Origin: Heterodontus francisci
Lineage: Eukaryota
Assembly: GCF_036365525.1 (NCBI RefSeq)
Contig: NW_027140825.1
Location: forward strand, 558,001-622,000
Length of the DNA stretch: 64,000 bases
Direction of reading: 5' to 3'
Shown: positions 51,972-64,000 of the stretch, piece by piece
Layout of the letters: every line of letters starts with the position of its first letter
Numbering within the stretch: position 1 is the stretch's first letter
Notes under the pieces: generated by a model
What the model was told of the DNA's origin: nothing
What the model saw: the letters and a program-made list of their open reading frames with translations, nothing else
Database searches by the model: none
Translations under genes and position numbers: made by a program

Positions 51972-53527
51972 GATTTCTTCATTCGATACGAACTCGATGT
52001 GTGAACGTGTGGAGTTTTCAACAACACACTTGCAGGCAGTTTCTATACTGTATCCAATTAAATACCCAGCATCCGGTTGTCATTGTGATTGGCAGTCACT
52101 TACTGCGACACTCTGCTCCACCCCATTAATATACATAGCAATGTTGTAGAATGATACAACACAAGGGGATAGGGGGAGATTGAATAGAGGTGTTCACATT
52201 TCAGAAAGGGCTTTGATAGAGTAGAATTCAGGGAAACAACCCTCTGTTCCCAGAGAGTGTGCCCATCCCTTATTGCCCTTGAGATGGTGGTGGTGAACCA
52301 TCTTCGGGAATGCCTGCTGGGCAGTTAATAGTCAACAACATTGCTGTTGGTCTGGAGGCACATATCGGCCACACCGTGTAAGAACGGCATATTTCACTAT
52401 GTTCACTATGGAGAAGGATGATGTAGGTGTAGATATCAGGGAGGGGGGTTGTGATATACTTGAACATATTAGCTTTTAAAGGGAGGAGTATTAGCTGTTT
52501 TAGCAGTCTTAAAAGTGGATAAGACCGCAGCCCGGATGAGACATATCCCAGGCTGTTATATGAGGCAAGGGAGGAGATTTCAGGGCCTCTGACACAAATT
52601 TTCAATTCTCTCTGGCCACAGGAGTGGTCTCAGAGAACTGGAGGACAGCGAATGTTGTACCATCATTCAAGAAGGACACTTGTGCTCTTCTGAACTCGCT
52701 GTCAGGAGGCAGGTGTCCCAGAGATGAAGTTATCTGGAGAGGGATCTCGCCTTTCAACAGTGTGAAACAGCGCTCAGATGGTTAAGGGTTCCGAGCTGAG
52801 TTAGTTCCTGTTCATTGGGGGGTTGTTCGCCTCTGTGTAGTGAAGGTTAGAGGGAGATTAACAAGACTGGTACCAAGGATGAGGGAGTTCAATTACTGTG
52901 GAGAGACTGGAGAAGCTGGGGGTTTCTCTCCTGAGAGCAGAGAAGGTTAATGGTAGATGTGATACAGATATTGAAGATGATAAAAGATTTTGATAGATAA
53001 TTGATGACAAACCACATCATCCCAGGTCACTGTTAAACTGTGTTCCAGACTCTGATGTTTATCATGGTCCAACAGCGCACTCTGCTGTCCCTTTGGAGAA
53101 AGAAAACGCAGTGAAATAAAACCACACCGTATCCATCTATCTGTCTATCTGACTGTCTGTCTGTCTGTTTTTATCTGATCTTCATTTCAGATATTAAAAT
53201 CTTTAATAATCTCTCTTAGACCGCTTAAAGTTTACTCTTGTCTTCTCCTTTCTGGAGAAATAAACCCCCGATGTTCAAACTTTCTTGATAACTTTAACCT
53301 CTGTGTTCTGATATCATTCCTGTAAAGTCTATTTCACAATTCCCCTGTGTTTCAATATCTAACCACTCAATTTCTATTTAAATCCGCCCTGTCTTCTTGT
53401 GAAAAACATGTTCCCAATGATAAAAACACCCAACAGGTCGCAGCACCGCCTGGTTTTATCTGAAACAGGTATTTCCTGCTGCCTTTGGGGTTTTTCTTGA
53501 ACTGCTCCATCGCTCTGAGTCACTGTG

Positions 53528-53983
53528 AAGACTCCAGGCACAGAAATACACGGCCGAGTGATTCTCCCACAGGCTGGAGGACTCCAGGTTGAACTCGTAC
53601 TCATTCGGTCTCTCGGCGGTGAAACCATCCACCGTCCCCTCTGGATCCACATAGTTAGCAATACTGGAGTAAAACATCAACAGCGGCTCCTTCCCCGGCT
53701 CTTGTCTGTACCAGTACATGTTGAAGTTACTGCGGCTCCCCTCCACAGTGCACCTCAGTTCCACTCCTTTCCCGGGAAATCTGGAGACAGCGGCGGGAGT
53801 CTGGCGGATAGTCTGTGAGTTCACATCTGGGAGAGAGATGGAGAGAGGAGGAGATCAGTAAACAGGGAGCATCTGGGAATGAAAGGGAGACAGGGAGAGG
53901 AGAGGAAGGTTATTAACGATAATCTTTGCATTTCATGCTCACTTACAATGAAACAGGATTATCAGACACAGTAACTGATACAT
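53528..53983 (-). CDS. TRBV: V7, family 1, apparently functional (leader 53947-53983; V exon 53528-53826)
   Basis: MYQLLCLIILFH; ..YFCAWS; RSS CACAGTG(53527-21)-23-AGAAAAACC(53497-89). Confidence 0.88.
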
Positions 53984-55055
53984 CTTTCACTTCAACTTGT
54001 TCTCTTAATAGACACAGGAGTGAGAGCAGGAGCTTAGAGTCTTGTGAAGGTCCAAATCCACTCTTTACAAATCATTGGGAGGAACATGAAGAGCATTAGG
54101 AAGTGATACAATGTTGGAGACGCCCATTCCCCCAGGTCAACAAATCAGAATTGTATTGGCTGCCAATCTGCTTCTCTCTCTCTCTCTCTCTCTCTCTCTG
54201 TCCCCCTCTCTATCTCAGTCTCTCTGTCCCCCTCTCTCTCTCTCAGTCTCTCTGTTTCACTCTCACTGTCTCAGTCTCTCTATCCCCCTCTCTGTCTCAG
54301 GCTCTCTCTCTCTCACTCTCTCTGTTTCAGTCTCTCTGTCCGCCTCTCTCTCTCAGTCGATCTGTTTCAGTCTCTCTGACCCCTCTCTGTCTCAGTATCT
54401 CTATCTCAGTCTCTCTGTCTCACTCTCTTTCACTCAGTCTCTCTGTCTCAGTCTCTCTGTCTCAGTCTCTCTGTTCCCCTCTCTGTCTCAGTCTCTCTGT
54501 CTCAGTCTCTCTTTTTCAGTCTGTTGTCTCTGTCAGTTTTCCTCTAAATCTCGTTCTGACCCTCTCTCACACTCGGTCTCCCTCTCTTTGTCTCTCTCAC
54601 TGTGTGTGTGTATCCCTCTCTAAGGTGATGAATGTCCTTCTCCTGTCCATGTGTATGATGCTGGAGGGCTGGATGACCTCTGCCTCTTTCTGTTTTCCTA
54701 TTAAATGTTTTACAGGCCATTGTGTATTCATGGTCCTAGAGCACCCTCTGTTAACCATATAGAGGAAGAAAACTCAGTGTCAGTGCAGTAAAACTCAAGT
54801 CGTTTTATAGTTAATTCTTCCTGATAGTTACACCTCAGATCTGGTGTTATCCTTGTTAATTGTTCTTTGCACATTCTCCACTACCTGTATATCTAATCTC
54901 TCACTACCACTCAAACCCATCTCTTCTTGTTATCATGAACACTTTCTCTCTGCAAAACGAAAGAAGTTCGAGGCTCCGAGCAGTTTTATCCTCCACAGGT
55001 GTTTCCTGCTGCCTTTAGGGTTTTTGTTGAACTGCTCCATCTCTGAGTCACTGTG

Positions 55056-55540
55056 ATCTCTCCAGGCACAGAAATACACGGCCGAGTGATTCTCCCGCAG
55101 GCTGGAGGACTCCAGATTGAACTCGGAGTCTGTCGGTCTCTCGGCGGTGAAACCCTCCACCGTCCCCTCTGAGTTCTCCCTTTGTGCAGTTAGGGAGTAA
55201 AACATCAGCTGCGGCTCCTTCCCCGGGTATTGTCTGTACCAGTACATGTAAGGGTTACTGGTACCATCCACGGTGCATTTCAGCTTCACCTGCTCCTCAG
55301 AAAATTTGGAGACAGAGGCGGGAGTCTGGCGGATAGTCTGTGAGTTCACATCTGGGAAAGAGACAAGGAGAGGAGGAGATCAGTAAACAGGGAAATTCAG
55401 TCCAGTGGGGAGAGAGAAAGAGAGAGAAGGAGAGAACGAAATAAATAAAACCATATCCTAAAGAAATGTTAAGTAGAATTATTGTTTCAATAAAATCCCT
55501 TACGGTGAAACAGGGTGATCAGAGTCAGTAACAGATACAT
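55056..55540 (-). CDS. TRBV: V8, family 1, intact ORF with 21-bp RSS spacer (leader 55504-55540; V exon 55056-55351)
   Basis: MYLLLTLITLFH; ..YFCAWRD; CACAGTG(55055-49)-21-ACAAAAACC(55027-19). Confidence 0.85.
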
Positions 55541-57339
55541 CTTTTACTTTAAGCTGCCTTCTGAATCTGCAAAGGGGAGAGAGCAGGAGTGATGAGTGTT
55601 GTCAATAACCAACCCACTCTTTACAAATCATTGGGAGGAACAGGGAGAGCATTATGAAGTGATGCAGAGATGGTGACGTTCATTTCCCACATCAACAAAT
55701 GAGAATCCAGTTGGTTGCCAATGACCCACTTTCTCTCTCTCTCTCTGTCTCTCCCTGTCCTTTACTTGTGATGCTCCTTTCTTCCTCTCTGTCTCTCTTC
55801 TGTGCCTCCCTATATGTCTCAGTCTGTTTATTTCAGTCTCTCTCTCACAGATACACACACATTAGGTCTCTCTCTCTCTCTTTGTTTGTCTCTCTGTCTC
55901 TCTCGCTGTGTGTGTCTCTCTCTCTCTCTTCTCTCTCTCTAAGGATGTGGATTTCCTTCTCCTGGTCATGTATATCAACCTGGAGGACTGTACGTTCTCT
56001 CACTGTTTCAGTTTTCCTGTGAACTCCTTCTCAAAAGCCATTGTACATCACATGGTCCAAGAGCGTCCTCAGCTGTCCCTGTGGTGAAAACATAAACAGT
56101 GTCAGTCTATAACAGCCCCAGTCCTTTTATTGTTATTCTTTCCTGATAGTTACAATCCTGAGATCACGGGATATTCTTATTCAATGAGCCGGAAGATGAA
56201 TGGGCACGGATACAAAGCTGTGCATGTGTGTGCGTGTGTTTTTCACTCGCTCTGTCTTTAATTCACTGTCTCCCTCTGTTTTACTGCTTTCTGTCTTTCT
56301 CTCCCTGTCTCATTCTGTGTGTGTGTGTGTCTGTCTCCCAATCTGTCTCACTCTCTTCCTCTGTGTTTTTTTTTGCTTTTCTCTCGCACTTCCTTCTTCC
56401 CCCTCTCTGTCCTCCTCTCTCTCCTCTGTCTGTCTCTCTGTCTCAGTCGCTTTCCCTCAGTCGCTTTCTCTCAGTCTCTCTATCGCTCTCTCTCTCTGTC
56501 CCTCTCTCACTCTCTGTCTCTCTCTGTCTCTCAGTCTCTCTCTCTGTCTCTCTCACTGTCTCTCTGTCTCAGTGTCTCTGTCTCAGTCTCTTCCTCTGTG
56601 TTTTTTGTTTTCCCTCTCGCTCTTTCTTGTTCCCCCTCTCTGTCCTCCTCGCTCTCCTCTCTCTTCTCCTCTCTGTCTCAATCTCTCTTTCTCAGTCTCT
56701 CTCTCAGTCTCTCTCAGTCTCTCTCTGTCTCAGTCTCAGTCTCTCTGTCTCTTTGTCTCGGTCTATCTGTCTCAGTCTCTGTCTCTCTGTCTCAGTCTCT
56801 CTGTCTCTGTCAGTTTTCCTCTCAATCTTGTTCTATCCCTCTCTCACACACTCGGTCTCCCTCTCTTTGTCTCTCTCACTGTGTGTGTGTATATCCCTCT
56901 CTAAGGTGATGAATGTGCTTCTCCTGTCAATGTGTATGAAGCTCGAGGGCTGTATGATCTCTGCCTCTTTCTGTTTTCCTATTAAATGTTTGCCAGGCCA
57001 TTGTGTATTCATGGTCCTGGAGCACTTTCTGTTAACCCTACAGAGGAGGAAAACTCAGTGTCAATGCAGAAGAACTCAAGTCGTTTTATAGTTGATCTTT
57101 CCTGATAGTTAGAATCTCAGATTTCGTGTTATCCTTGTCAATTGTTCTTAGCACATTCTCTACTACCTGTATATCTAATCACTCACTACCACTCTGACCC
57201 ATCTCTTCTTGTTATCATAAACACTTTCGCTCTGCAAAACGAAAGAAATTCGAGGCTTCGGGCAGTTTTACCCTCCACAGGTGTTTCCTGCTGCCTTTGG
57301 GGTTTTTGTTGAACTGCTCCAACTCTCTGAGTCACTGTG

Positions 57340-57813
57340 ATCTCTCCAGGCACAGAAATACACGGCCGTGTGATTCTCCCGCAGGCTGGAGGGCTCCAGA
57401 TTGAACTGGGAGCTAGTCGGTCTCTCGGCGGTGACACCGTCCACCGCCTTCTCCGGATTTATGTGATCAGTACCTGTGGAGTAAAACATAAACTGTGGCT
57501 CCTTCCCCGGGTATTGTCTGTACCAGAACATGTCAGGGTTACTGCTGCCCTGCATGGTGCATTTTAGCTTCACCTGCTCCTCAGAAAATTTGGAGACAGC
57601 GGCGGGAGTCTGGTGGATATTCTGTGAGTTCACATCTGGGAAAGAGACAGGGAGAGGAGGAGATCAGTAAACAGGGAACTTCAGTCCAGTGGGAGAGAGA
57701 AAGAGAGAAATAAATAAATAAAAACATCACCTAAAGAAATGTTAAGTAGTATTATTGTTTCAATAAAATGCCTTACGGTGAAACAGGTTGATCAGAGTCA
57801 GTAACAGATACAT
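57340..57813 (-). CDS. TRBV: V9, family 1, apparently functional (leader 57777-57813; V exon 57340-57635)
   Basis: MYLLLTLINLFH; ..YFCAWRD; CACAGTG(57339-33)-23-ACAAAAACC(57309-01). Confidence 0.88.
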
Positions 57814-58489
57814 CATTTACTTTAAGCTGCCCTCTGAATCAGCAAAGGGGAGAGAGCAGGAGTGATGAGTGTTGTTAATAACCAACCCACTCTTTACAAA
57901 TCATTGGGAGGAAAAGGAAGAGCATTAGGAAGTGATGCAGAGATGGTGACGCCCAGGTAGACAAGTCAGAGTGGAGTAGGTTGACAATGTCTCTCTCTCT
58001 CTCTATTTGCATACATCCAGCTTTATGTCTACAACTCTTTCACTCTCTTTCTCTCTCTGCATCTGTGTGTGTTTGTGTGTGTGTGCATCTTTCTGTCTCT
58101 GTGTCCCTCTGTCCCGTTCATTTCCACTGAGCTTTTCCTCACGACGTCTCCCTGATTCACCCTCTCTGTCTCTATGTTTCATCACCGGATTGATTGAGAA
58201 CCAGAGGTCACTTATTGATGGTAATTGGCAGAAGATCCAAAGGTGAACTGAGGAAACGTTTTGACACAGTGAATGGTTAGGATCTGGAATGCACTACCTG
58301 AGAGTGCGGGGGAGGCAGTTTCAATCATCGCTTTCAAAAGGAAATTTGAATAATTATGTGTAAGGAAAATATGCAGTGTTATTTAGAAAGGGCAGGGGGA
58401 GTGGGACTAGCTGCAGAGACCAAGTACAGCAACAGGCTAACAGCATTGTGGAACATCCTGCATTCAGGCTGCAAGTGTGACCCTGAGAT

Positions 58490-58657
58490 TCCGGTTAGCG
58501 GATACTTTTAATTCTCATTCCCACTCCCACCTCTTTGTCCTCGACCTCCTTCTCTGCTCCAGTGAAGCTCAACAGAAACTCGAAGAAAAGCACATCATCT
58601 TTCAATTGAATACTTTGCAGCTTTCTGGGCTCAACAGTGAGTTAAACAATTTCTGAT
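58490..58657 (+). mobile_element. Penelope-like element remnant (GIY-YIG C-terminus)
   Basis: KLEEKHIIFQLNTLQLSGLNSELNNF*. Confidence 0.6.
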
Positions 58658-60419
58658 CGTAACAACTGCTCCGGTTTATATGGGCAGAGGTTTGTTGGTA
58701 ATAATTGTGTTTCTGCTACTTTCACCTCCTCTAGACCCATCTCTTGTTCTTTACTTGACCCATTAACATCTCCTTTGTCTTGCACCAGCCTCAGTTTTGT
58801 TATTAAGTCTCTCCTGCATTCCTCCCATTCTCCCTCTCCCTGGCTCTCTGCTGCTTAATAGCTGATAGATCACTAAATCCTTCCAGTTCTGTTGAAAGGT
58901 CTACGACCTGATATGTTAATGTTTTGTCTCTCTCCACAGAGGCTGTCTGACCTGATTAGTATTTCCATCCTTATTTATTTATACCCCAGAAACGCATTAA
59001 GCTCCAATATAGTGACCTAAACCATCCAGAACCTAAACCATCCAGCATCTGCGGTACCTTGTGTTCAGTTCACCAGACTGTAACCGGGATGTAGTTCTAT
59101 AATTATCAGGAGCGGTTCATGGACAAGTTTCAAAGTCCCTATTGAAACATCATCAATAATCTGATACTTATCACGGTCCTACACCGCCCTCTGCTGTCCC
59201 TTTGGAGAAAGACAACACTGTCAGTGAATACTCATTTCCACGGGTACTGGTTGTTTAACAGCCAGTGACTGAGGCCATTGATGTATCACATCACCCCGGC
59301 AAACACCTAGAAAGAGAAATTAGAGGGAATGAACTAGTATCGATGGAGTTACAATTGCGACGATGGGCGTCGGTGTTGCACCGAATTAACGACGGAAATT
59401 CGGTCTGTGTCCCAATTTCCGACAAGAACCTGGATCTTTACAACTGTAAAATAGAATTGTGGAATCCACAAGTTTGCAAGTGGGTGCAAACATTAAAGAG
59501 TTAACATCATATTAATAACACTTGTCTTCCCAAACTAGGGGACAGATGAATGAGTTCACTGTCTGATATGAAATAATCGATTACTGATTTCACAAGTCAC
59601 CGCTGCTCAGTTTTATTGAGATCATTAATCATCCCTTTCAGTTAAACAAATGTAGAAGAGTGATTGGGACAGAATTTTAACCTACTCAGCGCCAGAAGGG
59701 AAATAACAAAGACGATGAAACTGAAAGGCATGTTTGCGGTGGATCTGAGAGACTTTCTGCTGGTTACTCTGGGTTTAAAGGGAGGGAGAGAGATGAGGTG
59801 TCAGCAGAGCGGTTCGTCATAAGAGGAAGTTATCTCAAGGCAATGATCCCTGCCCCTACTTTTTAAGTTGTCCTCCATTCTTTTGTTTGCTTCCTTATGC
59901 CCCCGTTTCCTTCTTTCTTCTCTCCCCTTGCCTCCCCCCTCGCCACTTTCTGCTCCACTGTAAATATCTTCATTCCTATCTCTTTGTGAGCTCGCTTTCA
60001 CAGCGAAGCCAGGAGATCGATCGCTCGATTTTTCGATCTATCTATCTATCGATCTATCGATCTATCTATCTATCTAACTAATGTCTGTCTGTCTGCCTTC
60101 CTATCTATCTATCTGTCTGTTAATGCTGCCTATGGCATGGTGCTGTACACCAATTGGCTTCCGTGTTTCAAGTACACTGCTCTCTGAAATGCCCTAGCAA
60201 ACCCTTCAGTTACCAACAAGGCAGCACAAACCTTCTCCAGGGCAATGAGTGACGATGAATAACTGCTGACTTTCTCAGAGGGACCCAGGTCCCCAGAATG
60301 AATTAAAAAAAATCAAAGCAAGAGAAGAAGTAGCAGAGGATCTGACCATCATTTTCCAGTTCTTAATTGGCTGTTAACTGTTTTGGGGCGTCTTGAAGTC
60401 GTGGAAGACCTGATATAAT

Positions 60420-60970
60420 TTGTTTTTCTTATTCGTTCATGGGACGTGAATTTCTTTTGCAAGACCAGCAATTATTTGCCTTTGAGAAGGTGGTGAAGAG
60501 CTGCCTTTTTGAAACATTGCAGTCCATGTGGGGGAGGTACACCCACAGTGCTGTTAGGAAGGGAGTTCCAGGATTTTGACCCAGCGACAGTGAAGAAACG
60601 GCGATATAGTTCCAAGTCAGGATGGTGTGTTGCTTGGAGGGGAACTTGCAGGTGGTGGTGTTCCCATGAGTCTACTGCCCTTGTCCTTCTGGTGGTAGAG
60701 TTGGTGGGTTTGGAAGGTGCTGTCTAAGGGCACTCAATGCTTTGCTGCAGTGCATCTTGTAGATGGTACACACTGCTGCCACTGTGGTAAAGGGAGTGAG
60801 TGTTGAAGGTGGTAGATGGGGTACTGAACAACCGGGCTGCTATGTCCTCGATCGTGTTGAGCTTCCTGAGTGTTGTTGGAGCTGCACCCATCCAGGCAAG
60901 TGGAGAGTATTCCATCACACTCCTGACTTGTACCTTGTAGATGATTGATACTCTATCCATCACTTCACAA
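60420..60970 (-). mobile_element. HER1-like LINE 3' fragment
   Basis: IYKVQVRSVMEYSPLAWMGAAPTTLRKL plus the shared 3' tail. Confidence 0.7.
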
Positions 60971-61346
60971 TGGTGATGTAAACTATCTGTCTTATTTACA
61001 TCATTAATTAACCTTTTAATTAATCAAGTATAGGACAGAGACTGTGACTCAGTTTTAACATACTCAGTGCCAGAAATTAAACGGTGTAGACGAGGACTTT
61101 GAAATTTTGCAGGGGATCTGAGACACATCTCTCTCTTTCCTTCTCTCTCTCTTCCTCGGACCTTCTGCTATTCCCTGTCATTCAGCCCATGATGAAGGTT
61201 CAGGAATCCGGGAATCACCAGCTTGGAAAACGGCCGGTGAGGCAGGGAGAGACATTAACCATTGTCACTGCTCCTGCATGTCTGTCAGTTGTGTTGTTCA
61301 CCCTGTTGGTTTTTGCACTGGCACTAAGGCAGTCTGCAGCGCTTTG

Positions 61347-62162
61347 CTCCCTGGCTGCACAGTAATACACCGCCGCATCCGCAGCCTTAACCTTGAGGAC
61401 CCTCAGGCTGCATCGTTTGTCCTCGGGCCTTATAATCTTCACCTCCTCTTCAAATTTTCCTTCGTACGTGGGTGAGCTTCCAATGAAAGAATAGCCCATT
61501 AGGGTGAGCCCCTGCCCGGCATACTGCCGATACCACAGCATAACGTTCTTACTACTGTCATTCTGGTAACAGTTTAATTCTGCTGGTTCGCCTCCCTTCA
61601 CTGCCACCAGAGATGGCCACTGGTGTATCATCTCTGCTAGAGTTTTGTCTTGAGAAATAAGGAGAATAGTTTAAAAAGTTTAGAACATATTGTGACATAT
61701 GATAACCAACTATAACTATCCAAATAGATAGGTAGATAATACTAGATAACTATATAGGCAGACAATATATAGTTAAATGATATATTTGTAGATATATAGA
61801 TAATAAACAGATAGATATAGAGATTGAAAAATAATGTAGCAAGTGATATGAGAGAGACAAATTAACCCAGAATTAGGGCAAACTTATCGGTTAAAGATAG
61901 CTATAGTAGCGTCACGAATATATAAGTAACTTTCATTCAGTCAATAATTTCATTAAGTAAATATTATTTACAGTGAAAGTAAAGTATGTAGTTTAAGAAA
62001 TGACAGAAAATCGACTGCAATGATGTTTTATCAATCTAGTTTGATAGAAGTTAGTAGTGAATGAAAACACAGCATGTATTTTAGCACAGGTATCTTTATG
62101 AAGGATGAATACCTACATGGAAGAAGTGAACAGACGATTAGGAAGAGTTTGGCAAACTGCAT
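61347..62162 (-). CDS. TRBV: V10, family 3, intact ORF with non-canonical heptamer (leader 62117-62162; V exon 61347-61648)
   Basis: MQFAKLFLIVCSLLP/YKTLAEMIHQWP..C..WYRQ..YYCAARE; CAAAGCG(61346-40)-23-GCAAAAACC(61316-08). Confidence 0.85.
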
Positions 62163-63266
62163 CCTGCAGACTGAAGGCTGACTCTGTTCATGAACCAATA
62201 TCAGGCGGCTGAAGATAAAGCAGAGAGCGGAAATGACAGCACTGGAAGCAGGGTTTCCTTCTGACCCCTCACTTCTGGGTATGACAGAATAATAACACCC
62301 ACTGGTCGGAAGGAGCTTGAACAAGGAACTGCTTCCCGTCTGCATCAGGCTCTCGTTGCTTGTGTCTGATTGGTGTTGTATAGGGTAGCTCTTTCGAACA
62401 GACGGGCCAGGCTCGATAGGCTGAATGGCCTCGGCTCTGCTGTTTGATTTTATAAATATATAAGACACATCAAGTTGCTTCTTTGTATTAGGCAGATAAA
62501 GATTTATTTCCCCTGGGTTAAACGACAATTCAAGGGTTATGTTTTACATTGGGGTGAAATCTTAGATACTTTGAAAAGCGACAGTGTCATGAAGAAGTGG
62601 GTTAACTGTTTTAAACAGATGCTCAAACCGCCGTCAGGAGGCAGGTGTTCCAGTGAGAGACCTCTCTGGGGAGGTGTCTCACTTTTGCATTGTATGAATC
62701 ATTGGGGACATGTACAACAGGGAGCTATGTGTAACTCTTGTCATAAACCACAGACAGCTCATTCAACAGGACCATGAACCCATTTACCCCACCTCGGAAT
62801 CTGTTCTTTGCAGATAGAGGCTGCCTGAACGAGTAGGATCTGATCACATTGCTGCAGCATTTTTAATAATTCATAATGTATTGATGTACTCTGAGTCGAA
62901 GGAGAGCAAGAAGGTGAAACTATCAGTAAAATACAAATCATGATATATCAATAATTAAACTGGTATGGTGCAAATAATGGTGTTAGATAGATGATAAACG
63001 TCAAATATATGGTGGATGCATATTTAGAGAGGTGAGAGACGGAGAGATAAATCAATGACAAATATATATATAATCAAGATAAATAGATAGATAAATAGTG
63101 CAAATAACCNNNNNNNNNNNNNNNNNNNNNNNNNNNNNNNNNNNNNNNNNNNNNNNNNNNNNNNNNNNNNNNNNNNNNNNNNNNNNNNNNNNNNNNNNNN
63201 NNNNNNNNNNNNNNNNNNNNNNNNNNNNNNNNNNNNNAGATAGAAAAATAGACAGACAGACACATG

Positions 63267-63333
<67 letters not shown>

Positions 63334-63485
63334 GGATGCAGAGACGCACAAAGCGACACAGAAACCTGCAGATAGTCAGAGAGACAGAAAGACACTGAGA
63401 TAGACAGACGGGTTTATCTCCCACAAGTGCTTTCCTCCCCCTTTAGAGTTTTTGCTGAAATCTGGCACCTTTCTGAGTCACTGTG

Positions 63486-63784
63486 CAGACTCGAGGCACA
63501 GTAAAACACGGCTGATTGATTCACCCACAGGCTGGTGGACTCCAGGTAAAAATGGGTGTTGTTTGGTCTTCTGGCGGTGAAACCGTCCACCTCTCTGGAG
63601 GGAATGACCGTTCCGGCAGAGGTGGAATAGAAAAGGTTCTCGGGCTCAGGGTCCGGATGCCACGGGTACCAGTAGACATCGGAGCCAGCATCTGCCTTTG
63701 TGTAAATACACTGGATACTGACTGGAGAGCCTGGGGAATGGGATAAGGAAGCGGGAATCTGTTGGATCAACACGGCCCCCACAT
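63486..63784 (-). CDS. TRBV: V11 V exon, family 4 (leader presumably beyond the window end)
   Basis: VLIQQIP..C..WYPW..FYCASS; CACAGTG(63485-79)-23-GCAAAAACT(63455-47). Confidence 0.83.
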
Positions 63785-64000
63785 CTGTAAAACAGAGAGA
63801 GAGATAAACCCAGGGGCAATGTTTAAATTGACATCGGCCACGAAGAGGGGAGAGGCACGATGGGCTGAATGACCTACTGTGTGCCCTAAATGTCCCGTGT
63901 TTCTATGTAAGAAGGGAGAGGTGGGAGACGGGGAGCTGCAAAGAGCGAGAGAGACATAGAGTGAAAAAGAGTGATAGAAAAGGAGAGAAGCAGAGACAGA

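Noticed and set aside
33826-63782. Assignment as immunoglobulin or IgNAR clusters
   Set aside because: Many V segments upstream of one D-J group, beta-like V motifs (FYS, CAWS/CASS) and a 12-type J RSS fit a TCR translocon rather than shark Ig miniloci

Overview
Vertebrate genomic DNA, very likely from a shark or ray (elasmobranch-type CR1 LINEs, HE1/HER1-like repeats, large minisatellites). The window holds a rearranging T-cell-receptor beta-like locus on the minus strand. From 30.9 to 63.8 kb there are 11 full-length V exons in about 4 families; 10 have their leader exon inside the window and most carry a 23-spacer RSS. There is also one internally deleted V and one orphan leader. Downstream of the V array, and missed by the ORF track, are a 14-bp D segment with 12/23 RSSs (26221-26234) and two J-like segments (25904-25952 and 23871-23923). 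The D lacks the canonical D-beta GGGACA core, both J segments deviate from consensus, and I see no intact constant exon in the remaining ~24 kb. The most striking non-coding feature is a set of CTCF-motif elements, all pointing towards D-J. They include 45-bp tandem arrays of 13, 2 and 1 copies abutting V RSSs, a homologous 7-copy array at the V/D boundary, and single motifs downstream of other V segments. Bases 1-25 kb are mostly LINE fragments, minisatellites and a local duplication; one duplicate carries a young RTE retrotransposon with an 11-bp target-site duplication. Assignments come from motif reading only; no searches were run.
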